Of a stretch of 64,000 nt of DNA, positions 1 through 12,961 are shown in pieces. The stretch's first letter is position 1. Every line of letters begins with the position of its first letter. The position numbers and the translations under genes were made by a program. The notes under the pieces were generated by a model. The model saw nothing but the letters and a program-made list of their open reading frames with translations. It searched no databases and was not told the DNA's origin. This DNA comes from Marsupella aquatica (lineage: Eukaryota > Plantae > Marchantiophyta). The stretch covers positions 10,067,832-10,131,831 of the forward strand of contig OZ316897.1 of assembly GCA_973895155.1 (NCBI GenBank), written 5' to 3'.

Positions 1-2388
1 AATCCGGACTTTTGTCCGGATTCCGGGTCTCATAGAATCCGGGTCCGGGTTGAGTCTCCCTTGTTAAATGGTGCAAGTTTGGGTGGTCAAGGGAACTAGC
101 TCTGTTGGCTTCATTTAATGTTGGTGCTTCAAACTCAAAAATATCTAAAAATCTTACATCCTCTTCCCTTAGTTGCACTTTGGACTTCTTGCTCCTGGAA
201 GGTGTTTCTTCCCCATCGGAAGATGTGATGGTGGACTCAGAGGTATATCCCTCATCTTCTTATGTTTCTCCTTGGTGGGGTTCGTCTTCCCAACTTAGGA
301 TAACTCGAGGCGAACCAAATGAAAATTGCTTAGCATGCCAATTAACTTTAACTTGGGCCATGTACAGCCATGGTCGTCCAAGAAGAATTGGGAAGGAAGA
401 AGGAGTGCTAGGTTGAATGATGATATAATCTAATTTGAAATTGTGCCCTCCAATTATAGTATCCACCTTTTTTATGGCTCCAGCGGGTATCACTCTGGTC
501 TGGTCGGCCATTCTCAAAATTTTCGGAGTAGGATCAAACTTAAGGAATCCCAACTCTGTTGCAGTAGCCTCTGTCATGATATTTACACTAGAGCCACCAT
601 CAACGGGTACCTTGGTGATCACACAACCTGCAATTTGAACTTCAATTTTTGGGGGTCCATAGTCCTTTGATTCAATTTGCATACACTGGTGAACACTGGG
701 CAATTTGAAGGATCTTCGCCTAGAAGAAACTAGAGTCTTCATTTGTTTCCGAAAATTTGGATTGGAGCGCAATAACTCCCCAAAGGTAATGTTGGCTTTT
801 AAACCACTAACATCCTCAACAATATTGTAAGGAGAATGAAGGCCATCAATTCTTAGTCGAACAGGATCTACTTCAAATTGAACTTTCTTAGGAGGGATGT
901 TGTCACCAGGGCTTTGCTTCTTTCCTACAATAGGACCTTTTGCTACTGGTGCTGATTCTGCCATTAATTCTTCTTGGAGTATCTCCTTTACTTCCTTTGA
1001 AATGTCTGGCAGAAAATACTTAGGGTCATAACGGTCATATGCCGCATCATCCTTGTCCTCCGCCAGAGCTACCGATCCTTTAGGTTTGTCTTGCTTCTTT
1101 TCAGATTTCTTTCGAGGTTCCTTTTGTAATTCCTCCTTTTCTTGTGTCTTTTTGGACCTGGTGGTTGCAAAAACATTCAGGATCCTGTCTCTATTGCGAA
1201 TTCTTAGATTTGGCTGTCCTTTTTCTTCCTCCTTTATTAAATGTTCACAATCACGGTCATAGGTAATACCCGCCAATGGTTGTAACCGTATGGGATCCTA
1301 CCATTTCTTCACTTCTGGAAGCTGGTCGGGAGTCACTTCTTCACTCTGATCTACAAGCCGACATTGTTCAAAATGGGGGTCCGCATCTTCTTCTAGGTAA
1401 ACCAGCCTGACGGCTGAGTCTGTTTTTATTGGTGCAGCAGGCGGGTCCTTCACATATCGTACCATCATCTTGGCCTTGGGTGGTTGGGGACATTCCAATG
1501 GAAGATGCCCTTCTTGTCCACAATTACCACACATCGGTGAATACCCCGTATCCCTCTTTGGCCATGGGCATGAAGGGGAATAGTGATCCTTTGATCCACA
1601 ATTCCAACACTCACCCCTATTCATTTGATTTCGTGGGGGATATCCTCCTGGTGGTGCCATAGGAGGTTTATATACTGGCCTATTGAAATTGGAGATTTGT
1701 CATGGCGGTGGAAAGTATTGAACAGGAGGGGGAGCTGATGGTCCGGTCTGGATTTGATACGCCACTTCAGGGAACACAGTCTGGTAAGAAGGGTCCTCAT
1801 AATTCCCTTCTACCATTCCTTCATCATTGAAGACATAATTGACTCGGGAGGCCGTGGGACACTCATGGGGATAATGCCCCATCTTTCTACAAAGGGAACA
1901 CCAAACATTGTGTCTTAAAACTGGTGGTGTTTTCCTTGGACCTTTTATAGAAGCTAAATTCACAGACAGACTTTTCATTTCCTTAGTGAGTGAGGACAAC
2001 ATTCCTTTCATTTTTTCCACCTCCTTCTTTGCTTTATTGGTTGTGTCCACCTTCTTAGGTTTTATGTCCTTATCCGAGTCCGAGTCCGAAGATGAGTCAT
2101 CTGAGTCGCTACTGGAGGTGCTAGAAGAGTCGTCACTATTGGAATCCGAAGAGGAAGTCTCAGACGAAGAGGATTCGTCTTTCCTCTTACTTTTCTTCTT
2201 TCCCTTCTTCTTCCCTTTCTTCTGTTTCGCTTTTTCCCGTCTCAGCTCCTTTACCAACTGTTTCCTCTAGCTCATTTCTGAATCAACATAAGATTGGGCC
2301 TTGGAATAGGCTTCATCTAATGTAGCAGGTTCTGATCTCCGCACAAAACGATTCATCTTTGGATACAATCCTTGGATAAACCTACCAC
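1..2388 (-). mobile_element. Ty3/Gypsy gag-protease region (decayed, runs off the left edge of the window)
   Basis: ORFs 1700-2257, 1298-1660 and 260-1276 are one reading frame broken only by in-frame stops (2267-2269, 1700-1702, 1298-1300, 260-262). It has a gag-like 'RFIQGL' segment near 2380, three CCHC knuckles (CSLCRKMGHYPHEC, CWNCGSKDHYSPSC, CGNCGQEGHLPLEC) and retroviral-type aspartic protease motifs (VDGGSSVNIM ... ILLGRPWL). Confidence 0.9.
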
Positions 2389-2399
2389 TTAGAAGAAGG

Positions 2400-3149
2400 A
2401 GCGAGCTCGGAAGCTAGGCAAAAGATCCCCTCTAGACAATAAGAAAAAAGAGAAGGAAAAGAATAAAGCTAAAAATCATAAATCCTTACCATTTGCTCTT
2501 GATTCCAACTTGCAAGATGCTAGAGGTTGGGTGACACCAGGACGGAAGCTGATTCAAGAACATATTAAGAAGAAATCTCGGAGTTCCCCTCTGAAGGTGC
2601 CAGTTGACGTTGAGACTACATCCCGCAAAGCTCCCCTTGACAAGGTACCTGATTCATCTGGTGACTTGCCAATGGGGAATACAGGTTCTACTAACTACAT
2701 TTAGACTGCATGTTGAGCTCAAGATGGTAGGCTGCTTAAACAAGGGTATACACATTGATGAGTACGAGCCATGTGAAATGACGCTTTTCAATTTTGCTTC
2801 TTGGAACATCTGTGGTCTATGTGACCTAGACCGGAAAAATGTTGTCATGAAATGGGCCTCTTCCTTGAGATTGTTGTTGGATGCCCTCGCCTTACAAGAA
2901 GTCAAGGCTGATAGTTTTTGGTTAAATCTGGCCTTACGTATGATCTTGCCTCAATATCAACATTTCTATTGTGACCCTGAGGAAGGCAGAGGGGGGTACA
3001 ACCATTCTTCTTAACCCCTCTTAAAAAGTGTTGGCATCTGGTCAACTGGACCATGGTCCTGCTATTTGGGTCCAACTAGAGCATCTAGAGGAGAATTTTG
3101 GGCTGATAAGTGTATACGTACGCGCCTAATTCTGATGGTGAGAGACACT
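2400..3149 (+). mobile_element. LINE (L1-type) fragment: end of ORF1 region and N-terminus of ORF2 AP endonuclease
   Basis: FASWNICGL ... ALQEVK ... GRGG and, after frameshifts, a VYAPN motif at ~3111-3130; these are the conserved N-terminal motifs of L1 APE domains. Left boundary approximate. Confidence 0.8.
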
Positions 3150-4314
3150 TGTAGAGTAGGGTTTAGGGAAAGATTAACTCTTTTCCTCTTAAACAACCAA
3201 AGTTCATTCCCGTTAAGAGCTTGTGAGACCTAAAAGATTGTTCTAACACACTTTGAGATAGTTAAGCTAGTTAATATCAGATTTCAAGCCTTTACCGACA
3301 TGCTTAGGTCACTCTGGTGGAAGGAATTTTTAATACATCCTCAAGTATTGTGACATTTGTATCGTCAACAGTGCAATAATCAATTCTTAAAATATAACAA
3401 AACAACCAAAAGCCGGAGGCGTAAAGATAGGATTAGGTGAGCCTTAATTGTCTCTTCTTCTCTTGCCACTTAGCAATCTATGACTAAGTTAGGCATGATT
3501 AAGAGTCAACAAAGAGTTTGACTAAATTAGGCTGATGCCTAAAGCTAATCTTCAAAGCCAACCATCTAAGAATTTGTAAAAGATATATGGAAATAAGCCC
3601 GTTGTCATCGGGATGGAAAATAAAGGAAGGGAAAGGAGAACCTTATTTTGGGTTGGAAGTATTTGGAAATGGATTGTGGTTGGGAGAGATTTTTTATGAA
3701 GAAAGAAAACTGTAATAAGACAAAAGAAGGATAGGGGAAGTAGTTTTTTTTCAAAGGCTTAAAAGACTATAAAGATAAATTATTGTAGTAGTGACACATG
3801 GCGAGTTGAAGGATTCAAAAATTTCATAAGGACAAGACAGTTGTTTGTTGGAAAGGAGAGACGTTAGAGGGAACTTTGGGAACAAGTCAAAAGTGGAAAG
3901 AGGCGCGCGCTACATGGTTCGGGGAGAGAGGGAGAAAAAACAGTCGATGGTGATTATGGCTGATGGACTTTTCGAGTGAAGCAACGAGAGAAGAGAGATG
4001 TTGAGGTCGAAAGGGGAATTCTAGTGGCATCGTGGTTGTTGAAAGAAATTGTGAGGAGCTTGATTGCAAAAGGCTATGGTGGAAAAGGATTTCAGAGGAG
4101 TGCTTAAAGAGGCGTTTGGATATGGAAAAGAGAATTTGAAGCGAAAACAATCGGGAGTTCCAAGGGAAGAGGCGCATCGTGTATGCTTTGAGTTGAAGGA
4201 AGGCAAAGGTTAGAGTGAAGTTTGCAAGGAGAAGATGAAGGAGAGTGGGGCGCACCAGGGTGGATATGGAGGGATTTTGTTCTCGAAGGAGAGGGGCAAA
4301 AGGGGAAAAAGATA

Positions 4315-4559
4315 CCTGGGGGGGTCACTATATGAAGGGTCATACATCACGTGCGACGGTTTGGGTCATTTATGACCCCCCTAAGTCACTTTCTAGAAAG
4401 TTGTACAGCACCAATCATGTGATGACACGTATGCATTTTGGAATTAAACAACCCTATATTTCCATAGAAGGCTTAATAAGTCTTCCGCCAAAACCATTTA
4501 AATGGCCCTATACTTTGTCGCACATGATATGCCACTTCCATGGAAGTGACCCCCCCAAG
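4315..4559. repeat. Imperfect 43-bp inverted repeat pair (4315-4357 / 4517-4559); related motif copies at ~18286-18330 and ~24312-24355
   Basis: cctgggggggtcact...catcacgtgcgac versus gtcgcacatgat...agtgacccccccaag; the gtcgcacatgat core recurs at the other two sites. Confidence 0.6.
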
Positions 4560-6969
4560 AAAAGAGAAAGGTAATGATGGTTTCAGGTGGCTAGCAAATG
4601 CATTGTTAGAGTTTAAAGGAGAAGAAAGCTAAAGTTGCGGGATTGATGTCTGTGTGGGCATGGAGAATTAGATGAAGTGGCTACAAAGAACAAATTGGAG
4701 CGCAGTGGTAGTGGGAGTGAAATTCAGACAGAATGGATGGAGAGAACCCGGTGCTAAATGGTGAATTAAAAAGGCAGATGGTGAAATTCAGGAGGAAGTT
4801 AGTGGCTGGAACACTTAGGAAGAGTTTGGGAGAAAAGAACAAAAGGCGATGACAACTTGAGATGACTTTACGTTGGACTCAGAATTAAGAAACTATAGAG
4901 TAAAAAAAATGGTATGGAGAAAGAAATTTTCTTGGCTTCAAGAGATCTGTAAGGAAGTTCAAAAATAAGAAAACAGAGAGGTCAAATCATCAATGAGCGA
5001 AATGCAAAGTGATGTTATTTTTGTGGAAGAAAACAAAAGTTTGATGGGAGACAATGGAAGATTTTTGGATGCAGGAAAGATAAATGACGATGGAGGAGTT
5101 TGAGTACTAAAGAGTGGAAGGTGATAGAGCTTTGAAGCTCTTTGACCGATAAGAAGAAAGCAAATCGAGAGCTAAGAAACAAAAGTTAAGGCATTGATTG
5201 GAAACAACAGAGATCGGGGATGCTGAAAATTTAATTTAGTGAAAGAGGTGTTCAAAACTCGTGGAAGTGTGTGTGTGTGGAGGAACGAAAGGAAGTCGGG
5301 CGATTGAGAAGCAGAGAAAGTTTATTGACAATTGAAAGCCATTGAAGGAATGGAGGTTAAAAGTGCCATAAGAGTTTTATTTTACTAGACCGGACATTGG
5401 AATCCTACAAAGAGGAGAAATGAGCCATTTATGAAGTTAATAAAAAAATTACAGCTAGAGATATGGATCACCCAAACCACTTTAGATTTGATGTTCTGGA
5501 GCATTAGTAGTGAATTTGAAATAAAAAAATTATTTTCTTTTGATGAATGGAACCCGGTGATTGGGTCAACTTTTAGATTAGGAACTGTCCGCTGCCATGG
5601 GATTTGAAGATTCTGGTCGGAGATTTTTTTTGCTATGGGATTGGAAAATCAAAAAGAGGGGAAAAGGAGGACCAGAAGAAGAGGCTCAAGAAGAGGAAAG
5701 GAAAAACAAAGATATGAGGGAAGCATGTCGATGGATGAAACTTTGTAGCGAGTGTCAAGGCATGACTAACCTGACGGCTGAGCTGGACTTGAGCTTAAGA
5801 AACCTGAGTTGAGGAAATGGAAACCTAGAGTTAGAGAAGACTTCTCAAGAAAACTTATGTAACTTTTACCCCCCCTCCCCCCCCAAAAAGAAAAACAAAA
5901 AAAACTTACTGAAATAAAGTGAAAGTGATTTAAATTCTTTGAGTTGATTACAAAACCGTGATTTCTCTAAAAAAACAATTTTAAGTGAAAGCAAAAGAAG
6001 TAAAAGGAGTGAGTTGAATTAAAAGGATGAGTTAAATTAGGATTAAGTATGACATTAAAATGAAAGTTGATTACAAATTAAGAAATACTAAGTTAGATTT
6101 AGGTTAAGAGAAAGGACCATTCCTTGAACCTTGATTGAAACAAAAGATGAGAACCTTTGTTAAATGATTGAATGTGAAAAATGAAAATTAAGTGAATATT
6201 AATATGTGGTTTGGATATAGATATAAATATAGGAAACGGGAAGTGATATAGAAGGTCCTTAGAACATTTATAGAAATCCTTTTCTACACCGAAATAAACG
6301 GTTTCCCGAACACCGTATTAATTTTATGGTCAAGTCATAATAAGGTGATATTCATCACTCCGAATATATTTTCTCTCCTAATCAACTCTCCAGATTGCTC
6401 TTCTGGATCTATGGAAATTGTTCTCTTCTGGCGCATCTTCCAAAAATACTTGATAAGTATTCCAAACACTCAAGTCAATTCAGATCTTTGCATTATCTCA
6501 AGCATGCATTTCCAATCAACCTGAATATCGGCATGGCATTGCTAGTCACATCAAATAGATTTCAGCAAGTATGGTCATGCACTAAATTCCAAACACAAGT
6601 CATAGATTACCAAAGATAAATATGAATCTATTACTTCTTTAATTAAGTCTTCAAAGAAGGAGACTTTCAAAAGTGCAATGTAAGTCTGAGTGATATGGTG
6701 GAAACTTTCCCTCTTATACTTGGGGACAAGTCTCCTCTAAACAAAAGTTGAATAGGTATGCCTCTTCATTTCCTAAACTAAGTGTAAAAGTTAAAAGTAA
6801 TGTTAAAGTCTGAAACTAGACTATGAGATAAAGTGCTCAACAAAAATTCAAAGCCTATTCTTTCTATATACTAAGTTCTATAACGCCTTAAACACAAAAC
6901 CGGAAAAGAAACCGAATGAAAAACCGGATGGGAAACTAGTTCAAATCCCGGATGGAATAACTCTTTACT

Positions 6970-8543
6970 TATCAGGACTTGAAGTGTTAGGTTTCACCAA
7001 TGTGGGGTCTATTGCTGGGTCAATGGAGTTGAGAGAGTTTGGCATGGAAGTGACACCTCCAAAGGTAGTAGTAAATGGTGAGGTTGGAATGGGAGGAAAG
7101 TTGGGTGTGATTGTGGTAGTTCAAGTGATGTCAGGATCAGATAGTCAGCCCATCCTTCTGTTGGTGTTACTTGGGGAGATGGTAGTGTGACCCTCTCTTC
7201 GAATTGGGTATGCTCCTCATCAGAAAGGTCCCAGTATTTCTTTAGATCAGAAAGGACAAGCTTGAGGGCATAGAGGCTCTCATCCACCTTGTCACCATAA
7301 TCATGTGCAATCTAGATGACCAAGGGCATGAGAAGGGGATTGGGTACATCAATGAAGTACTTCCTAAATAGTTGGGTCTGGACTAGATCCTCTCCTTTGC
7401 CCTCCACTAGGCGTTCCACGTGGTCCATAGCTTTGGAAATGTTGTCAAAAAGTAGTTGCTCAACTGTGATTTTCTCCTTTGCCTTCTATACCAACTGTTC
7501 AAGTTGGTAGTTCTTCTTTCTCTCTTCCTCCAATGATTTCTCCAGCTGCTCAATCTTGGCCTTATTGTCATTCCCTTTCATCAGGTCTTCCACCTTCCCT
7601 AGAAGGTCAGCAAGAGCTACACCAGTCACCGGGGATAGTTTCGAGAGCATTGGTTCCATGATCCCCATCTTGGTCTTGATGGCTGAGATATCTTTGAAGG
7701 TGTAAGGTAGAATGGGAAAGACCGGCTGAAGAAGTAGTAGCTCCACTCACTAGGTAAGAAACCGGGTCAAAAACTGGTTCAGAAGCTGGATCAAAATCCG
7801 GTTCAGATTTGTCAAGCTTCCTCTTCCTGGTTGGTCCTACAAAGTCAACCTCTTTTGGCTCTGCATCATCCTCAGATTCTGGTAAGTTCTGAACTTCTGG
7901 ATCCAAGACTCCATATTTCACATAGCTGCTCTTGGTGCCAAGTGCACTCTTATCATGTTTGAACAAGGCTTGGTCATGAGAATAGAGATGTACCAAGTAA
8001 CAAGTGAGGGGAGTGGGGGCTTTGTTCGATAGGGCTGAAACCTGCTTCTCCAGAATGCTTGAAAAGATAGTGGTCCATGATACTTCTCTGGTTTTAAAGA
8101 AAGAAGCAATGATAGTGCTTCCTACTTTAAGAATCACCCTCTTTGGTTTCTCTGGATAGATGAGGGGGACTAGGAAGGCCATCACGTTCCTCAGATCTTT
8201 GTGGGTGTACTGGTTAATAATCCTTCTTTGGCATCCACGTATGCACTTTGCCACCAAAGTATTTCACTATCAGATTCTCCCCTCTGGGACAGAAACCACT
8301 CCCCTTCACTGGAAGCTGTAGAGCTTCTCCAACGAATGCCTTAGTCCAGGCTTTTGGTCTAGCTCCAATAGTCTTATGGAATTCTGAGGGGGGAACTCTT
8401 GTCATCACTTCTCTCACCATGTCTTCACTCAAAAAGCCCCAAGTAAGGTCCATCAAGGAAGCACATCCCATCGGTGTTAGATCCTTCATGAGTTGTTCCT
8501 TCTCAGCTGCATTAGTAGGAATGAGAGGTCTCAAGGGTTTCAT
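6970..8543 (-). pseudogene. Gypsy-associated accessory ORF of unknown function, frameshifted, downstream of integrase
   Basis: Overlapping ORFs 8214-8543, 7607-8257, 7486-7746 and 7009-7287 read as one protein: globular N-part (FLVPLIYPEKPKRV ... VSW ... PLTCYLVHLY), basic RKRK, coiled-coil segment, P/T-rich tail. Same strand as pol. Confidence 0.65.
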
Positions 8544-9479
8544 GGTGATCTTTCTCTTCTAACATCGCACTTCAAGCTTCACTGGAATCCCACTTTGAGT
8601 CTTGGAAGAAGGACTACTCTTAGTACTCCTCATATTGTCTAATAGTTGATAATAGTAACAGGTTTGAACTGGTGAGGGAGGAAAGTAGAAGCTAGAAATG
8701 CAGAAAGCCTCTATAATTAATCCCTCGGGTATGTCGGCCAACCTTCTCCTCCTCAGCAACTTCTTAGCAAAAATCAAATTCTCTCGGGCGAGATATAGCA
8801 AAAATTGGTTTGCCACCGGCTCAGAACCCGAAAGTACAACTATCAAATTAAAACAAAGGGCCTCAGTGCGAGTCTTCACATCCCCAACCTTCCCTCCATG
8901 CGTAGGAGTAGGCTGCCACCTCACACGAGTCTGTCCAGACTCTCTTATACCATGCTCTCACGGAAACTAGAATGGTCCTATAATCCGGACCCAAGATCCT
9001 CAACCGGAAGGGAAGAGCCTCCTTACACTACTGCTTCAATAAGCCTATTCGCTTGGGAACTCAAAACTTACTGAGTTCAGCTTTTGAGAGGTGTGAGGAA
9101 AGCAAAACTGGTTCGGCCTTAAGATGGATTCCGACTCATGTTCGCGAGTCCAATGCTTATGGTTTTTCTCCAGTGCAAAGATCGTGGCCTTGCCTTCAAG
9201 AACCTGATATTAGATTTTCTTAGTATCTTCCGGAGGCAATTTTACGGCTTCTGGTTTGTGACCCGGTTTCCTCCTTCTTACCAATAAATAAATATTTCTG
9301 GTTGAGCCTCTTTTCTTTCTCTTAGTCTCTTAAATGGTCTTTAGACTTTCAATAATGGTTTCCTTAGCATTTAAGGTCCTTCTTTCTTTCTTCAAAGGCA
9401 ATTTTTTTAAAAAAAATCACTTTCTTTATTCCTTTCTTCTTAACCATATTATCACATAACCCCTCATCAAACGGTGCCG

Positions 9480-12250
9480 CACCCTCGCAAACCGGCTGAA
9501 TAATGAAGATGATATTTCTTTACTCGAGATCCATTGACTCTGGTAGGTAGTTCCTCACCTTGTAAATCCTCCCAAGATTAAAGATCCATTAGGAAAAATT
9601 TGTCGCACCTTATAAGGTCCAAGCCACCTTGTGTGTAATTTCCCAGGAAATATCATGTACCGGCTATCATATAATAATACATAATCATTTTCTTGTATTT
9701 CCATTTTCTTCAGCTTTTTATCAAATTTGTGGCTCCTGATTTTTTGTTGCTTCTCAATTTCAATCAAAGAGAAGTGTTGATCTTCTTCTAGCTTTTCCAA
9801 GCTTTCCAATCTTAGTATTTGACTTTGTTCAACATCAAATCGTTGAGGATTGGCCACTCGCTCAGTGGGTACATCAGATTCAATGGGTGCTATATTGTCT
9901 AAGCCATAGACTAAATAAAATAGAGTTTGACGTGTTGTAATCTTTTCTGTTGTGCGGTAGGCCCATAGAGCAGAATGTAATTTTTGATCCCAATCTGACT
10001 TATGTGCGGAAACTGCCTTAATTAAAATTCTCTCCATTAATCCATTAGCCTTTTCAGTTAAGCCATTTTCTTTGGGGTTATAGGGGTAGTCTTTCTATGC
10101 TTAATTAGATACTTGTTAGTGATATGCTCAATCGTTTATTTAAAAAATGTAGCCTGTGTTGACCATTGACTAGTTCTAATCATGGGCACCCAAAACGTGT
10201 AATAATATCCTCAAATAGAAATTTAGCAATATTGGCGGCATCATTTCGCTTAATGGCTCGTGCTTCTACCCATTCAGTAGTGTAATTTGTAGCTAGAATT
10301 ATGTATCGATTACAAGTGTGAACAGCTGCAGGTTGAATAGGTCCTATAAATCAATCCCCCATTTTTCAAAAGGAGGTAAAGGTAATATGGGAGTTAAAAG
10401 GCCAATGAGAAGTAGAGGTAGGTTTACCCATGTGTTGGCACGGATCACATGATTTGATAAATTGATGTGTATCTCGATGCATGTGAGCTACCAATATCCG
10501 ACGTCTCAAATTTTCTTAATTATAACATTGACTGCATAATGGCCTCCAACTTCTTCCGTATGCATGGCAGCAATAACCTTCCTGACTTCTCTTTCCTCCA
10601 AGCATCGCTTAAGTTTTTGATCAGGGGAAAGTTTATAGAGGATTCCTTGCTTTAAGGTGTATTAAGTTTCAACCTTATGCAAGAAAATAGCACGTTGCTC
10701 GGGGTTGAGGTTAGGTGGAAACATCCCTTGAGTTAGCATTTGAACAATATCAGCATACCAAGATTCTTCACCCGCAATGTGCCATATTGTCATCTGGAAA
10801 ATTATTATTCAATGACTCTCTAGATTCATCGCCTTTTAATTGTGACAGAAAATCAGCATTGTCATGATGCTTCCCCGGTCTAACTCATACAAAATTATAC
10901 TCTTGTAGAAGCAAAACCCAACGTGCACTCCTTTCTGAAAGATCTGCTTGGTTAACAAGGTACTTAAGTGATGAGTGGTCAGTATGAAAAATGGTTTTGT
11001 ACCCCAACAAGTAGTGGCAAAATTTCTTGCATGAGAAGATTACTAACAAAACTTCCCTCTTAGTCAGTGTGTAATTCTTTTCTACTGCATTCATTTGTTG
11101 ACTTGCAAAATAAATGGGGGGATCGTTCTAGTCATCATCTTGCTGGCTTAGGACAACTCCAATACAGAAGGCCAAAGCATCAATGTAAACATGAAATTCC
11201 TTCTCCCAATTTGGTGGAACCAGAACAGGAGCTCGGGTTAATCTGCCTTTTAGTTCTTCAAAGGTCTTCTATCTCAAATTTGTCCACTCATAGTCAACAT
11301 TGTTTTTTCAACAGATGGGTAAGTGGCATGGCAAGGTTAGCACAATGTCAAATAAATTGACGATAGTATCCCACATAGCCTAGAAATCCCCTCAACTCTC
11401 TCAAATTAGAAGGAAGTTGTAGTTTTAGGATAACTTTGACCTTCTCAGCATCAACTTTGATTCCTCGGCTAGAGATGACATGTCCTAGTAAGATACCCTC
11501 TCTCATCCCAAAAAACATTTCTCAGGATGTAAGGAGAGTTGTGATTCTTTACACTTTTGGAAAGTCAATTCAAGCTTCCCTAAATGGATTTTGTTTGAGC
11601 TATATACACAGAAATCATCAATAAAAATTTCTATAAATCTATGGAGATACTCCTGAAATATGATCATCATTATTTGTTGAAATGTTCTAGGAGTGTTGCA
11701 TAACCCAAAAGGCATAACATTAAATGCATAAGTTCCCCAATCTATGATGAACGTTGTTTTATCCAGATCCTCCTCCCGTACTGAAATTAAAACTTGGTTA
11801 TATCCTAAGTATTCATCAAGGAAATTGTAAAGAGAATGAGCAGCTACTGTATCAAGAACAGTGTCAATAAATGGTAAGGGGTAATGATCTTTCCTTGTCA
11901 CAACATTCAATTTTTGATAGTCTTGGCACACATGAATCTTTACTTTGCCATCTGGTCCAGACTTCTTAGGCACAATATATAACAATGGGTGATACCCATT
12001 CACTGCTAAGGACTAGGAAAATGAATCCGGCCTCTGTTAACTTGTCAATTTCCTCTTTCACTGTCATGAAATACTTAGGGTTGAGCCGATATTGTCTCTG
12101 TCAAATAGGAATTGATCCTTCAAGGAGATCAATACAATGTTACCCAAGATAAGGAGGAATTCCTTTGATGTCTTTGTGGCTCCATGCAAATACATCTCGG
12201 TATTGTTTCAACAAATCTATATACTTTTCTCTCAATTCTCCTTTCTATAT
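9480..12250 (-). mobile_element. Ty3/Gypsy pol (RT-RNaseH-integrase), decayed, non-chromovirus type
   Basis: RT (DYQKLN, DHYPLPFID, MPFGL, FIDDF) at 11503-12003; RNase H (NYTLTKRE, TDHSSLKYL) at 10885-11094; integrase (DWDQKLHSALWAYRT, RWLGPYKV) at 9555-10037. Order RT-RH-INT is Gypsy; no chromodomain seen; many stops and frameshifts. Confidence 0.93.
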
Positions 12251-12339
12251 TCCCTGAACTAAATAAAACAAGTATTTAATGAACTAAATTCATGTTTTTT
12301 CTTCAAGTATGAGTGGTCCACTATTTCCTCAAATCCTTG

Positions 12340-12961
12340 TTGTCTTTGCTTGAATATTTTAACTCTCTTCCCAATATATCTCCCGTGTGCTCAGCTCCGT
12401 CAAGTTCTCAAATAGAATAAGTGGCATTGGGTGAATCTTTGTCACAACAAATGACTCTCGCCATCTCTGCACAAATTTCTTCATCATCAAATGTTGATTC
12501 TTGAGGTTGCTTTTATAAATTAACACCCAATCTCCCTCCTCAATCGCTCACGATCAAATACAATGTTTTGTGGTCAAAGTAATTCTTATTCTTCATTTGT
12601 GTCACCTTCATCTTCTTCAATGCCTCTCAAACCCCTTCTTAGGAGTCTGGTTCAAGTGTTCAATCTTGGTGGTCAGTAACTCCTCGTGACCCACGTGGTC
12701 TCTCCATCCAACCATCCTCAAGCTCCTTACATCCTCCTCAATCAGCATCAATGATAAATATCTCATCATTAACTCGGTTGGTGCATATCCTATGACTGAG
12801 CTACATGTCAATCGGTCTGCCATCAAGGCAAGTGGTAAATAATCTGGCCACTCTTTGAATCTCCTTTGACATAACTTGACTAGTGCATTTACAATCAGTG
12901 GGTGTCCTTTCTTTCTCTTCCCATTCTCATCTCCAAGATTATACACACATGTAAGACTCAA
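12340..12961 (-). mobile_element. Integrase C-terminal fragment of a different Gypsy family
   Basis: WPDYLPLALMADRLTCSSVIGYAPTEL followed by a degenerate GPY/F-type tail (..NATYSI.ELDG..KRVKIFK); it sits where gag/protease of the neighbouring pol should be. Confidence 0.75.

Noticed and set aside
260-2269. Programmed readthrough or U-to-C editing of the in-frame stops
   Set aside because: Three different stop codons at arbitrary positions in a truncated element; mutational decay is simpler.
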